Shown here in pieces: positions 49,766 to 59,163 of a DNA stretch of 64,000 bases. The DNA is from an uncultured Ignavibacteriales bacterium (GTDB lineage: Bacteria > Zixibacteria > MSB-5A5 > GN15 > FEB-12): positions 1 through 64,000 of the forward strand of contig CAZTBP010000013.1 in NCBI GenBank assembly GCA_964612145.1. The letters run 5' to 3'. Below the pieces are notes generated by a model. It made no database searches. It was not told the origin of the DNA and was given only the letters and a program-made list of their open reading frames with translations. A program made the translations under genes and the position numbers. The stretch's first letter is position 1. Each line of letters begins with the position of its first letter.

Positions 49766-50176
49766 TTAACTCGACTGCTCCGCCGACGGCGTCCCCTCAC
49801 TCAGCTTTCGCTGCTTACGCGCCTTCACAAACGACGTAATCGCTGCTCCTAAATATGCGCCGGAAAGTAAAGCCATGATCGACTGCGAAATCGCCGCCGC
49901 CGGACGAGCCACTTCACCGCCGCCAAGCATGGCCGCGAGCTTGGAGAACCCGGATACGGTTGCAATAAAGCCGACCAACGCCAGCCCGGCCGCAAGGTGC
50001 ATTGCCAGCGCCCGACGTTTCTCACTGCGCGCCCACAGCCCCAGACCAAAAATGATAATTCCAAAAAAACTCGGTATCAGCGCCGTTACACTCGCCGCAC
50101 CGGTAGCAAAAAAGCCAACAATCCCCAGCGCAACCAGGATAAGCCCATAAATGACGGTTGTTTTCGACATATTCAT
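49766..50176 (-). CDS. Small membrane protein (about 136 aa, 4 TM), hypothetical
   Basis: Hydrophobic helices throughout. It overlaps the acyl-CoA DH start region closely, so the two may be an operon. Confidence 0.4.
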   Translation of the reverse strand: MNMSKTTVIYGLILVALGIVGFFATGAASVTALIPSFFGIIIFGLGLWARSEKRRALAMHLAAGLALVGFIATVSGFSKLAAMLGGGEVARPAAAISQSIMALLSGAYLGAAITSFVKARKQRKLSEGTPSAEQSS

Positions 50177-50359
50177 AAACTCTGCACCTTCCAAGTGTGT
50201 ATGTGAGGTTAATAACTTGCTACTGCTGTAACATACCGACCAACCGAGAGTTTCTCATTCCAGTCCAATTCTGGACTAAGTCTGTCTGCGATTGGTCGAG
50301 CCGCACAACACTGAAATTTGTATTTGTGTTTGACCCCAAATGTACCATACAGTGTTATT

Positions 50360-51355
50360 ATGAGTGGTAAATTTCCCTTCAGTTCCTGTGTCGTCATCGG
50401 CGCCGGCATCTCCGGCCTCATTGCGGCCCGCACTCTCGAATCAGCCGGTATCGATGTCGTTGTTATCGACAAAGCACGCGGAGTGGGCGGCCGCATGGCC
50501 ACCCGACGCATCGACGGCGCCCGAATCGACCACGGCGCCCAGTTTTTCACCGTGCGCAACGACGCCTTCGAGGCAATGGTAACCGACTGGCTCGACAACG
50601 GCCTCATCCACGAGTGGAGCAAAGGATTCCCGATCGCCGGGAGCGAATACAAAGCCGACGGCCATTCACGCTACGTTGGCTCCGACGGCATGACAACCGT
50701 GCCCAAATACCTCGCTATCCCGCTCGACCTGCGGCTACAAACCCGAATCGAAGCCATCGTACCGGGCGACGAGCGTTGGATCCTCCGTTCGGCCTCCGAC
50801 GAAGAAATCGAGGCCGAAGCCTTGATCGTGACCGTCCCAATTCCCCAGGCGCTGGCATTACTCGAAGCCGGCGAGGCCTACCTCCCCGAGGACATCATGG
50901 GCCAACTCAAAAATATCCGGTACGACCCCTGCATTGCTGTCATGGCCGTCTTCAACGAACCGGTCAACCTTCCCGAGCCCGGCGCCGTTCGCCTCGAACA
51001 AGGTCCCGTTACCTGGATCGCCGACAACAACGCCAAAGGTATCTCGCCGCACATTCACACTGTCACGATCCACACCTCCCCTCAATTCAGTCGCGAACAT
51101 CTCAAAAGCGAAAACCAAAATATCATCGAACGGGTCATCGACTCCGTCCGCGAGTATCTGCCGGGTCGACCCGAAACCGTCCAGGTTCACCGCTGGCACT
51201 ACAGCCAGCCAGTCGTCGCCCACCAGAAAGCGTTTCTCATGATCGATGTCCCGGCGCCGCTAGTGTTTGCCGGCGACGGCTTCGATGGTTCCAAAATCGA
51301 GGGTGCGGCCCTCTCCGGTCTGGCCGCCGCCAAAGCCCTCCTGACCAGAGCGTGA
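50360..51355 (+). CDS. FAD/NAD(P)-binding oxidoreductase (renalase / amine-oxidase-like)
   Basis: Rossmann dinucleotide motif CVVIGAGISGLIAARTLESAGIDVVVIDKARGVGGR. The C-terminal FAD region is VFAGDGF. Confidence 0.7.
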   Translation: MSGKFPFSSCVVIGAGISGLIAARTLESAGIDVVVIDKARGVGGRMATRRIDGARIDHGAQFFTVRNDAFEAMVTDWLDNGLIHEWSKGFPIAGSEYKADGHSRYVGSDGMTTVPKYLAIPLDLRLQTRIEAIVPGDERWILRSASDEEIEAEALIVTVPIPQALALLEAGEAYLPEDIMGQLKNIRYDPCIAVMAVFNEPVNLPEPGAVRLEQGPVTWIADNNAKGISPHIHTVTIHTSPQFSREHLKSENQNIIERVIDSVREYLPGRPETVQVHRWHYSQPVVAHQKAFLMIDVPAPLVFAGDGFDGSKIEGAALSGLAAAKALLTRA

Positions 51356-52251
51356 ACCTCTTCCCTGGTACAATAAACAAGCACCCGTCCGTCTGGCGAC
51401 GAGTATCATCGCTACTCGTCTGGCTCGGCATCGCCCTGCTGGTGATCTTTGCCTTCCTCGGCATTATCGGCGGCGGCTGGTCAAACAAACCGCCGCTGCC
51501 CGCCCCACTTGCCGATGCTCCGCGGCCACTGCTGCTTTCCCACCGAGGCGTCACCACGCAGTACCCCGAGAACTCCCTCGGCGCCATCCACGCCGCCGAC
51601 AGCATTGGTTTCCCCGGGCTGGAAATAGATATCCAGTACACTCATGACAGTGCCTTCGTCGTGCTTCACGATTACGACATGAAACGCATGTTCAACTACG
51701 CCGGAATCGCCTCTGAAATGACCCTCGCACAGCTCCGCACCCTCCCCCTTCTGCACGCCGACACCGCCACCGACCAGACTGTCCCGGCTCTCACCGACGT
51801 CATCGAGCGATACTCCAACAAATTTGTCTTCTACTTCGACATGAAACGCCACGGTCACGACGGCAAAATCCCGCTGGCCGCCGATATCGCCCGCTTCATC
51901 GACAGCGCCGGAATTACAAACCGAACCATGGTCGCCTCCGCCCACGTCTGGTTTATCTGCTGGCTCGAATACAACTACCCCCAGATCGTAACCGTCCTGG
52001 AGGGAATCGACCCCGGCGCACCCTGGCTCTATACCGTTTTGCCGACCCGCTTCCGCCCGGACTTAATCGCTTCCCGCTACAACACCGTCAGCGAGGGTCT
52101 TGCCAACTGGCTGGTCGAAACCGGCCTCAACGAACGCTACGTCACCTATCACATCGAGCCCGAGGAACTCCCCGCAGCTCTCAACCGCGGACTGACCATG
52201 TTTATCATCGACTACGAGCAGCCCCTCAACCGCTGGCTGCACAATGAGTAA
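51352..52251 (+). CDS. Glycerophosphodiester phosphodiesterase-family protein with an N-terminal TM anchor
   Basis: GDPD catalytic region LLLSHRGVTTQYPENSLGAIHAADSIGFPGLEIDIQYTHDSAFVVLHDYDM. A GTG start at 51352 overlaps the upstream stop (GCGTGA). The first 738 nt of the ORF-track frame overlap the oxidoreductase gene and are not coding. Confidence 0.65.
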   Translation: MNLFPGTINKHPSVWRRVSSLLVWLGIALLVIFAFLGIIGGGWSNKPPLPAPLADAPRPLLLSHRGVTTQYPENSLGAIHAADSIGFPGLEIDIQYTHDSAFVVLHDYDMKRMFNYAGIASEMTLAQLRTLPLLHADTATDQTVPALTDVIERYSNKFVFYFDMKRHGHDGKIPLAADIARFIDSAGITNRTMVASAHVWFICWLEYNYPQIVTVLEGIDPGAPWLYTVLPTRFRPDLIASRYNTVSEGLANWLVETGLNERYVTYHIEPEELPAALNRGLTMFIIDYEQPLNRWLHNE

Positions 52252-52945
52252 AATCGACCCCCGAATACAGGAGATCTTCCGCTCCCTCAAGAACTCTCCC
52301 CCATCCGACGACATCTTCAATCCCTGGTGGGAAATCGATCCCGTCAATGAAATCGGAGCCGATGGTCCCGCCATCCGCCGTCGCCAATACGGAGCCTACC
52401 TGAGCGAACGAATCGGCCGCGCGAAATACCTGCTCGTCGGCGAGGCTCCCGGCTACCAGGGTGGCCACTTCTCCGGCATCCCCATGACCTCCGAACGGAT
52501 CCTCCTCGGCCACATGAGCCACAAGCACCTCCATCCCGAACGTGTCTTCACCTCGTTCAAACCCCGACGCACCAGTAAACCGGCAATCAAACTCAACGGA
52601 TTCTCCGAGCCAACCGCAACCATCGTCTGGGGCCATCTGGCTGAAATGAATATAGACACCTACGAGGTCGTCATCTGGAACGGCTGCCCCTGGCACCCGT
52701 TCGATCCTCGCAAGGGCATGCTGTCCAATCGCACACCTCGTGAACCCGAAGTTCGTGCCGGCGAACCGATGCTGGCCCGGCTGCTTAAAATCATGCAGAT
52801 CGAACACATCGTCGCCGTCGGCAACAAAGCCCACGGCCTTCTGAGTTTCATGGGGTACGACGTTCCCAAGGTCCGCCATCCGGCCAGCGGCGGCGTTCCC
52901 GCGTTCAAAAACCAGTTCACCACCTGGATTGATTCGCTCCGATAA
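52244..52945 (+). CDS. Uracil-DNA glycosylase superfamily protein (family 4/5-like)
   Basis: Motif LLVGEAPGYQGGHFSGIPMTSE (GEAPG motif A). The distal His region is MQIEHIVAVGNKAHGLL. It overlaps the upstream gene by 8 nt. Confidence 0.65.
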   Translation: MSKIDPRIQEIFRSLKNSPPSDDIFNPWWEIDPVNEIGADGPAIRRRQYGAYLSERIGRAKYLLVGEAPGYQGGHFSGIPMTSERILLGHMSHKHLHPERVFTSFKPRRTSKPAIKLNGFSEPTATIVWGHLAEMNIDTYEVVIWNGCPWHPFDPRKGMLSNRTPREPEVRAGEPMLARLLKIMQIEHIVAVGNKAHGLLSFMGYDVPKVRHPASGGVPAFKNQFTTWIDSLR

Positions 52946-52996
52946 AAAAGGGCCGCCCGCTTCCACGGACGGCCCGGTCTTTCTCGCACCGGCGAA

Positions 52997-55771
52997 TTAC
53001 CGCACAGTGGCCGGCGTAGTCTGACAATTCAACGGCAGACCACCCCGGAAGAGGAAGTCCACAAAATACGTCAGGTCCGAAACATTAATGCCGCCATCAC
53101 CATTCACATCACCTGCTGTCTGATCCGGTGACGGTCCCCCACGGAACAGGAAGTCGACCAGATACGTGAGATCGGACACATTTGGCCCCTCACCATTCCC
53201 ATCCATATCACCGCAGATAAACGCTGATTCCACTGTGATCGAGATAATTTCTTCATCGATCAAACTGCCGTCATCCGCCACGAACTGAATTCCGCTGTGC
53301 GTGCCCGTATCGCTTTCAGTCGGCGTCCACTCAACCGTGGCCGTGTACCGCAGCAACCCGGCATCCCAGCCGTTCTCGGTCAGCGTCGCACCGGACGGTA
53401 GATTCTCCGTCCAGAACATGACAATGTCGCCGTTCTGGTCGTGGGCAGCAATCTCAAACGTCAGCAGTTGTCCGGCTGCCGCTGTCTGATCCCCAATCGG
53501 GTCGAGCACCGGCGCTACATTGCCCTCGGACACACTAATAGTCACCAGCTCACTATCGGCCAGCGAACCGTCAAAGGCACTGAACAGCACATTATGATCG
53601 CCGACATCACCGGACTGCGGCGTCCAGTTAAAATCGGCCGTCCCATCGCCATTATCGGCAAACGTAGCACCCGCCGGTAACGAATCGACCAGAAGTTGCG
53701 GAACATTACCATCCGGATCGGAGCCCGTTATCGTAAGATTCAGATTATTGTCGACTACGGCGTTCTGCGCCCCTATCGGATCAAGTACCGGTGCCCGATT
53801 CACGTTGTTTACCGTGATCGCCACTATTTCCGTATCCGCCGCCAATGAATCATCCTCGGCGATAAAATACACACTGTACTCACCCGATTGCTCGAACGCC
53901 GGCGTCCAGTCAAACGTCCCGGTCCCATCACCGTTATCAGCAAACGTCGCTCCGTTCGGCAGCGAATCGGCCCGTAGCGTCGGCGTCGTCCCATCAGGAT
54001 CCGTCGCACTGACCGTGAAATTCAACAGGCTGCCCTCGTCGACTGTTTTCGGACCGATCGGATCAATGATCGGCGCCGAATTTCCCGCTATCGGCGTTAC
54101 CGTGACTGTCTGGCTGTTCATCATTTCCGGCGTTGATTTGCCGTTGGCCGCCCAGAGATCATACAGCGTCTGTCCCCAGTGATCGGTCACGTTCTCATCG
54201 CGGAGAAATTCAACATATTCTTTCGTTGTTGTCTGGTAATAGATCGTCACTTCAACCTCGGCAGTCGCTCCCGGAAGCAAATACTCGGTATAGTCCCAAT
54301 ACTGGCCATCGGCATAGGTATAGTCCACCGGCGGCGACTGGATGCTATCAAACGCGGCATTGGTGAATCCTCGCGGGGGAATACGGTTGTCACTGAAGAT
54401 CGTATCGTTCAACACAAAATGGAACCCCGGCCCGGCCGAAAAACCGACCACCGGCGCGAGCGTGTTGGACAACCCCGGCTTAATCTCGTAAATCTTTACA
54501 TCGGCATCGCGCGTGAGAACCGCCGTCGAAGTATCGTACGCCCCCGACTCGTACAGCAGCGTCCCCCCGGAACCATACGCCCGCACGTTTATCCAGATCC
54601 GACGGCCTTCGGGGTAACCCGACGGCAACTTGTGGCCGGTCTCGTTGGTCACTTTAACACTGCATCGGTGCTGCGAACCATCCGGCGTCACACTGACATC
54701 GAGCGACGTGGCCAACTGAAGCATCCGCCGAGCCCGGACGATCCCCGAATCAAGCGCATCGGTTGGTGTCTCGCCGGGAAAAACGTCGTCTACAATTCTC
54801 GGTATGAACGTATTGCCGCCGGTCATGTCATGAATCGCCAGATCGTCACGCAATGGCGCATCGTTCTTATCGCAACCGTGACCGGTGGTATCACGCATGT
54901 GACAGTCCTGGCAGCTGCGAACGGTATCGAGATTGCCCCCGAACTGTGGTGCGTACACGCCTTCGAGTGTGTTGTACGCCGATACCTTCCACTCCGAAAA
55001 CGTCCGCTCAATCGGGAACATCGCATACGGATTGGCCGAATCCGGATGCGGCGCATCAAACGTATTCGGAACGTACTTCCCATTGGCATCCTTGCTGAAC
55101 ACCGGATTGCTCACGTCATGACAAGTACCGCAGAGATCCGATTCACTGTGAAACGGCGAATAGAGAAAAGCGTGGCGAGCCACTGTCTCCGCATACGGCC
55201 CGCGTTTGGGATTAGCATCGGAATCAACTACATAGCCGCCGTTGGACTCCCCCTCCGGTATCGCTGTCAATGTCGCCAGGTAAGTCTGATCAAAATTGTA
55301 TGTCGTCGCTGTATAAATCGAGTCATCCGGATACGGGTTCTCACCGACATGAGCCGGCTTCACAGCACGGTGACAGAAATCGCACAAAATCGATTCGCGA
55401 TCGTCTGCCGTTAACGCCGAACCGTCCGTCGGCTCCGAACGCCCTTCCAGCCAACCCTTCGGTGAATGGCACCGAATACACAGATCGCCCGATCCCGGCG
55501 CATCCTGTTCGGCAATCGTCATACAGGCGAAAAACAGCGGATCGCGCGCCGCCTGGGACATCATGCTGCCGCGCCAGTTAAAGCCCGGCTCGACCGGCTG
55601 ATCGTAGCCGCCATGACAGTTTTCACAGCGATCGGGTTTTTCAAGTGTTCCGGATTGGTTCGGCTGTGAACCGGGCAGGAACATATCGTTGATTGTTGTC
55701 GGCGCCTGGGCGAAACTTCCGCTCGCCTGAGTGACAATCAGCCACAAAGCGATTGGTATCAAGCGACGCAT
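52997..55771 (-). CDS. Extracellular multihaem c-type cytochrome (at least 5 CxxCH) fused to three Ig/cadherin-like repeats and a C-terminal tandem dockerin-like module
   Basis: Signal peptide MRRLIPIALWLIVTQASGSFAQA (start 55771, GGAGG RBS). Haem motifs CENCH, CIRCH, CDFCH, CGTCH and CQDCH. Three about 95-aa repeats (APIIDPIGPKTVDEG..., APVLDPIGAQNAVVDNN..., APVLDPIGDQTAAAG...). C-terminus NVSDLTYLVDFLFRGGPSP...DVNGDGGINVSDLTYFVDFLFRGGLPLNC. Confidence 0.8.
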   Translation of the reverse strand: MRRLIPIALWLIVTQASGSFAQAPTTINDMFLPGSQPNQSGTLEKPDRCENCHGGYDQPVEPGFNWRGSMMSQAARDPLFFACMTIAEQDAPGSGDLCIRCHSPKGWLEGRSEPTDGSALTADDRESILCDFCHRAVKPAHVGENPYPDDSIYTATTYNFDQTYLATLTAIPEGESNGGYVVDSDANPKRGPYAETVARHAFLYSPFHSESDLCGTCHDVSNPVFSKDANGKYVPNTFDAPHPDSANPYAMFPIERTFSEWKVSAYNTLEGVYAPQFGGNLDTVRSCQDCHMRDTTGHGCDKNDAPLRDDLAIHDMTGGNTFIPRIVDDVFPGETPTDALDSGIVRARRMLQLATSLDVSVTPDGSQHRCSVKVTNETGHKLPSGYPEGRRIWINVRAYGSGGTLLYESGAYDTSTAVLTRDADVKIYEIKPGLSNTLAPVVGFSAGPGFHFVLNDTIFSDNRIPPRGFTNAAFDSIQSPPVDYTYADGQYWDYTEYLLPGATAEVEVTIYYQTTTKEYVEFLRDENVTDHWGQTLYDLWAANGKSTPEMMNSQTVTVTPIAGNSAPIIDPIGPKTVDEGSLLNFTVSATDPDGTTPTLRADSLPNGATFADNGDGTGTFDWTPAFEQSGEYSVYFIAEDDSLAADTEIVAITVNNVNRAPVLDPIGAQNAVVDNNLNLTITGSDPDGNVPQLLVDSLPAGATFADNGDGTADFNWTPQSGDVGDHNVLFSAFDGSLADSELVTISVSEGNVAPVLDPIGDQTAAAGQLLTFEIAAHDQNGDIVMFWTENLPSGATLTENGWDAGLLRYTATVEWTPTESDTGTHSGIQFVADDGSLIDEEIISITVESAFICGDMDGNGEGPNVSDLTYLVDFLFRGGPSPDQTAGDVNGDGGINVSDLTYFVDFLFRGGLPLNCQTTPATVR

Positions 55772-56125
55772 CTGAAACCTCCGTGTGCCTGACGCCGAAT
55801 ACTCCCCACTGAAACCGACCCAGGCTTTTACCACCGTTACTATTGTCGGCAAGTAGACCGATAAGACTATTTACAATTTAAATAAAGCGGATATATTTAG
55901 CAATGTTTTTTCGATGGCAACCGCACAACTCTTTGCTAAGAACAGTCACCCCCTTATCTTAACTGACACACTTTTCAATCTTGACTAAAAGGTGAAGATT
56001 CTTCATTGTCCGGATAGCTGCCTGATCGAGTAGGCACGAATGAAAACTGGCAGCCTGCAGCCCCGACCGGAGTATTTCGTATATATACACGCCCGTGTGC
56101 CGGGCACCATGTTCTGGGAGATATT

Positions 56126-57577
56126 ATGCACCGCACAATCGCTTTGTCACTGGGGATCCTGATCATTCTCGCATTACTGAATCCCCCGTCCGCACTCGCC
56201 GATGACACTCTGCATGAACTCTACACCGGCGCCGGACAAATGTTGGAGGCCGGCGAGCTTGACAGCGCCCGCGCCCTCTACCTCCGAGTCTATGACTCGG
56301 ACCCACACTATAAAGACGTTCAGGAAAAACTTGCGGAAACATATAAGTTCATTGGAGTCACAGCATATGGTAGCGAGGACCTGGCCGCGGCCATTGCGGC
56401 CTGGGAAACAGCCGCCACCTTCGACCCGGACAACCAGGAGATTGCCGGCTATATCGCCCGCGCCAAGGCCGAACAGCGTGGACTTGCCCGGATCTCCGAT
56501 CGCCCGGCCGATGCCGTATCACCACCATCTCCCGATACCGAGCCAACCGACAATACACTTCAGGAGATGATCGACAGTATCAGCGTTCTCGTGAAAATGT
56601 TTGAATCCAAACCCGAAGCCGACGACGTCGTCGACTGGTCTGACCGGATATCCCTGAGCGGCTTTATCGATGCTGTCCACTACGGGGACTGGAATACGAA
56701 TGTGAACAGCTTCGAAGCAAGTACCGTCGAACTCGACATCGCCGCACAGCTCTCAGACAACGCCTCGGCCCGGGTCGACCTCGATTACGGACCCGGCAAC
56801 CTGACCGACTACGACGTCCGGATCGAACAGGCGTATGCCTCGTTTGTTACCGGCGAATCCATCGTCTGGGATTTCACCTTCGGCCGCTTCAACGCCCCGA
56901 TGGGCCTGGAATCAATCGACGCCGCCGATCGAGCCTTCTTCAGCCGCTCGGCTCTTTCCGGCGCCGCTACACCCGACAATCTGACCGGCCTGATGATAAC
57001 CGCAACGCTGTCCCCCCATGTCCTGCTGTCCGCTGTCGCGGCCAATGGCTGGGACCGCAATACCGATAACAACAGCGATAAGTCCTTCGGCGGACGACTC
57101 TCCTTTATCGCCACTACCTTTGCCTCCGGTAACATCGCGGCCCTCTACGGCCCCGAACAAGACGACATCAACAGCTTCAAACGGCTCGTTATCGACGGTG
57201 ACCTGGTGATCGTACCGGCGCCCGGCTGGTGGTTCGGCGCAGAGATAAACTACGGCAAGGAGACCCAAGCCGCCGGACTCGACGGCGAGGATGCCGAATG
57301 GCGCGGAACTATGCTCTCCGCAGAAACCGCCCTCTCAGAAAGCGTCAGCCTCGCTGCCCGCTTTGACTATCTTGACGATGAACATGGCTTGTTGACCGGC
57401 AACGCTACTTCTTTTTGGGCTATTGCCGTCGCCCCCTCGGTCAACCTGTTCGAATCGCTCGAGTTGCGATTCGAATGGCAAATCGAGACCGCGGATGAGC
57501 CGGTCTACCCTCAGGCCGGTAGCGACCCCAAAGATAGTCGGCACACTACTGCGCTTGAGTTGGTGGCTGTCTTCTAG
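56126..57577 (+). CDS. Outer-membrane beta-barrel protein with an N-terminal TPR-like helical region
   Basis: Signal peptide MHRTIALSLGILIILALLNPPSALA. Alternating amphipathic beta pattern. The C-terminal ...LELVAVF ends with the aromatic residue typical of OMPs. Confidence 0.55.
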   Translation: MHRTIALSLGILIILALLNPPSALADDTLHELYTGAGQMLEAGELDSARALYLRVYDSDPHYKDVQEKLAETYKFIGVTAYGSEDLAAAIAAWETAATFDPDNQEIAGYIARAKAEQRGLARISDRPADAVSPPSPDTEPTDNTLQEMIDSISVLVKMFESKPEADDVVDWSDRISLSGFIDAVHYGDWNTNVNSFEASTVELDIAAQLSDNASARVDLDYGPGNLTDYDVRIEQAYASFVTGESIVWDFTFGRFNAPMGLESIDAADRAFFSRSALSGAATPDNLTGLMITATLSPHVLLSAVAANGWDRNTDNNSDKSFGGRLSFIATTFASGNIAALYGPEQDDINSFKRLVIDGDLVIVPAPGWWFGAEINYGKETQAAGLDGEDAEWRGTMLSAETALSESVSLAARFDYLDDEHGLLTGNATSFWAIAVAPSVNLFESLELRFEWQIETADEPVYPQAGSDPKDSRHTTALELVAVF

Positions 57578-57735
57578 ACCACAGCCGGCTGTGAAATCTC
57601 CCGGTACAACTGCTCGTGAACGATCAGCGGCAAAAGGCGTTATACCACTAACAAAGGAACACTGTCGGCAGCCCGTCTTTCCACCCAATTGCCGGCCTCC
57701 CCTCAAGCCGATAGAGTAGTTCCAAAGCAAGACGG

Positions 57736-58839
57736 ATGAGGCCTTCCCTGTCTCCTCCGCCCGAACCAGGTATGCCACGAAACACTAGCAGTAATGACGC
57801 TAATGCCTTCCGCCGCCGCACGGTAACGATGGCGTTGGCGGCCTTACTCGTCATTGTAGCCCTCTTTTTCTTGAAGAATGTCGTCGAAACACTGTTGGTA
57901 ATCTTCGCCGGTGTGCTGTTTGGTGTCCTGCTCAACGCGTTTTCACAACGCCTCGCCAGTCGCTTGCATATCAGTCACGGCATCGGACTGGCAATAATCG
58001 TACCCATCGTTCTTGGGCTGCTCGTCGGACTGGGCTGGCTCCTCGGCCCCGGTATCGCCGACCAGGTCGACCAAATGAACCAGCGAATCCCCGAGGCCGT
58101 CGAGCAACTCAAACTCACCTTGAAGAAACATGAATTCGGCCGGGTCCTGGTCGAAAACATGCCCGGAACCAAAGACATCCTCCCGTTTGGTGAAAAACAA
58201 CTCTTCAGCGCCCCCGAGGCCTTTTCCAGCTTCGTCGGCGCCATCCTCAACCTCCTGATCATCCTCTTTATTGGGTTTTACCTGGCTGCGAGCCCGCGTC
58301 ACTACTTCGAAAACTCCCTGAAACTGATCCCCAAAAAGCATCGGGACAGAGTCGGCGAGGTGCTCCACACTATCAACGAAGTCCTCCAGCGCTGGCTGAT
58401 CGGTCGAGTTGCCTCCATGATCGTAGTTGGAATCCTCACTTCAATCGGCCTCTGGCTGGCCGGCGTACCGCTGGCCATTACCCTCGGCCTCATCGCTGCC
58501 GTGCTCAGCTTTGTCCCGTTCATCGGTCCCATGGTGTCTACCATCCCGGCGATCCTGGTTGCTCTCGGCGAAGATCCAATTCTCATCCTCTATGTCTTAA
58601 TCATCTTCGCCATCGTCCAAACGGTGGAAAGCTATATCGTTACCCCCCTTATCCAGAAACGGGCCGTGTCGATCCCCCCCGCCCTCCTTATCTCCTTCCA
58701 AATTCTTATGGGCGCCGTGTTTGGAGCTCTCGGCGTTTTCCTGGCCACCCCCACTGCAGTAATTGTGATTCTGGCAGTGCAGATGTTCTATATTGAGGAC
58801 GTTTTAGGCGACAAAATCAGTGTTCTTGGACACCATTGA
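57736..58839 (+). CDS. AI-2E family (UPF0118/PerM-like) transporter
   Basis: 8 TM. Conserved C-terminal region ILILYVLIIFAIVQTVESYIVTPLIQKRAVSIPPALLISFQILMGAVFGALGVFLATP. Confidence 0.75.
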   Translation: MRPSLSPPPEPGMPRNTSSNDANAFRRRTVTMALAALLVIVALFFLKNVVETLLVIFAGVLFGVLLNAFSQRLASRLHISHGIGLAIIVPIVLGLLVGLGWLLGPGIADQVDQMNQRIPEAVEQLKLTLKKHEFGRVLVENMPGTKDILPFGEKQLFSAPEAFSSFVGAILNLLIILFIGFYLAASPRHYFENSLKLIPKKHRDRVGEVLHTINEVLQRWLIGRVASMIVVGILTSIGLWLAGVPLAITLGLIAAVLSFVPFIGPMVSTIPAILVALGEDPILILYVLIIFAIVQTVESYIVTPLIQKRAVSIPPALLISFQILMGAVFGALGVFLATPTAVIVILAVQMFYIEDVLGDKISVLGHH

Positions 58840-58907
58840 GTATCAAAACCCGGTCCGTCGGTACCCCGATTCGACCAACACTAAGAACACTATCAAGCCC
58901 GATACTT

Positions 58908-58943
58908 AATCACAAACATAGACATGTGACAATGTTTGTGATT
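58908..58943. promoter_or_regulatory. Perfect 12-bp inverted repeat (AATCACAAACAT-N12-ATGTTTGTGATT), a candidate operator. It is followed by the palindrome ATTACGTAAT. A third TCACAAACA copy lies at about 58975.
   Basis: Read directly from the AT-rich intergenic region between the AI-2E transporter gene and the FeS/NrfD/cytochrome operon. Confidence 0.4.
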
Positions 58944-59098
58944 ACGTAATAGGTTAAACATAAACAACTTCCATAGTCACAAACAATCGCGGCACAGACC
59001 TGCTTGTGCTTTTTATCACTAAATTCATCCGATTTGCCTTGACAATTCAGCCTATTGATGGTAAATTTAATCCACAATTGATATTTTTTCGTAGTTTA

Positions 59099-59114
59099 TG
59101 TGAATTTTTTCACA
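59099..59114. promoter_or_regulatory. CRP/FNR-family binding site TGTGA-N6-TCACA. It sits within a perfect 10-bp IR TTTATGTGAA-tttt-TTCACATAAA (59095..59118).
   Basis: Exact match to the CRP-type half-site consensus. It is centred about 57 bp upstream of the ATG at 59164. An upstream TTGACA-N17-TAAATT lies at 59039..59067. Confidence 0.5.
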
Positions 59115-59163
59115 TAAAATGCCGTATTAGTAAATGTAGGAAACGTTAACTGAGGATAAAAAC

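Noticed and set aside
50614-51351. 5' 738 nt of the ORF-track entry 50614..52251
   Set aside because: This part overlaps the oxidoreductase gene in another frame, and its translation is Arg/Pro-rich nonsense. The GDPD domain begins after a GTG at 51352, which forms a GCGTGA stop/start overlap.
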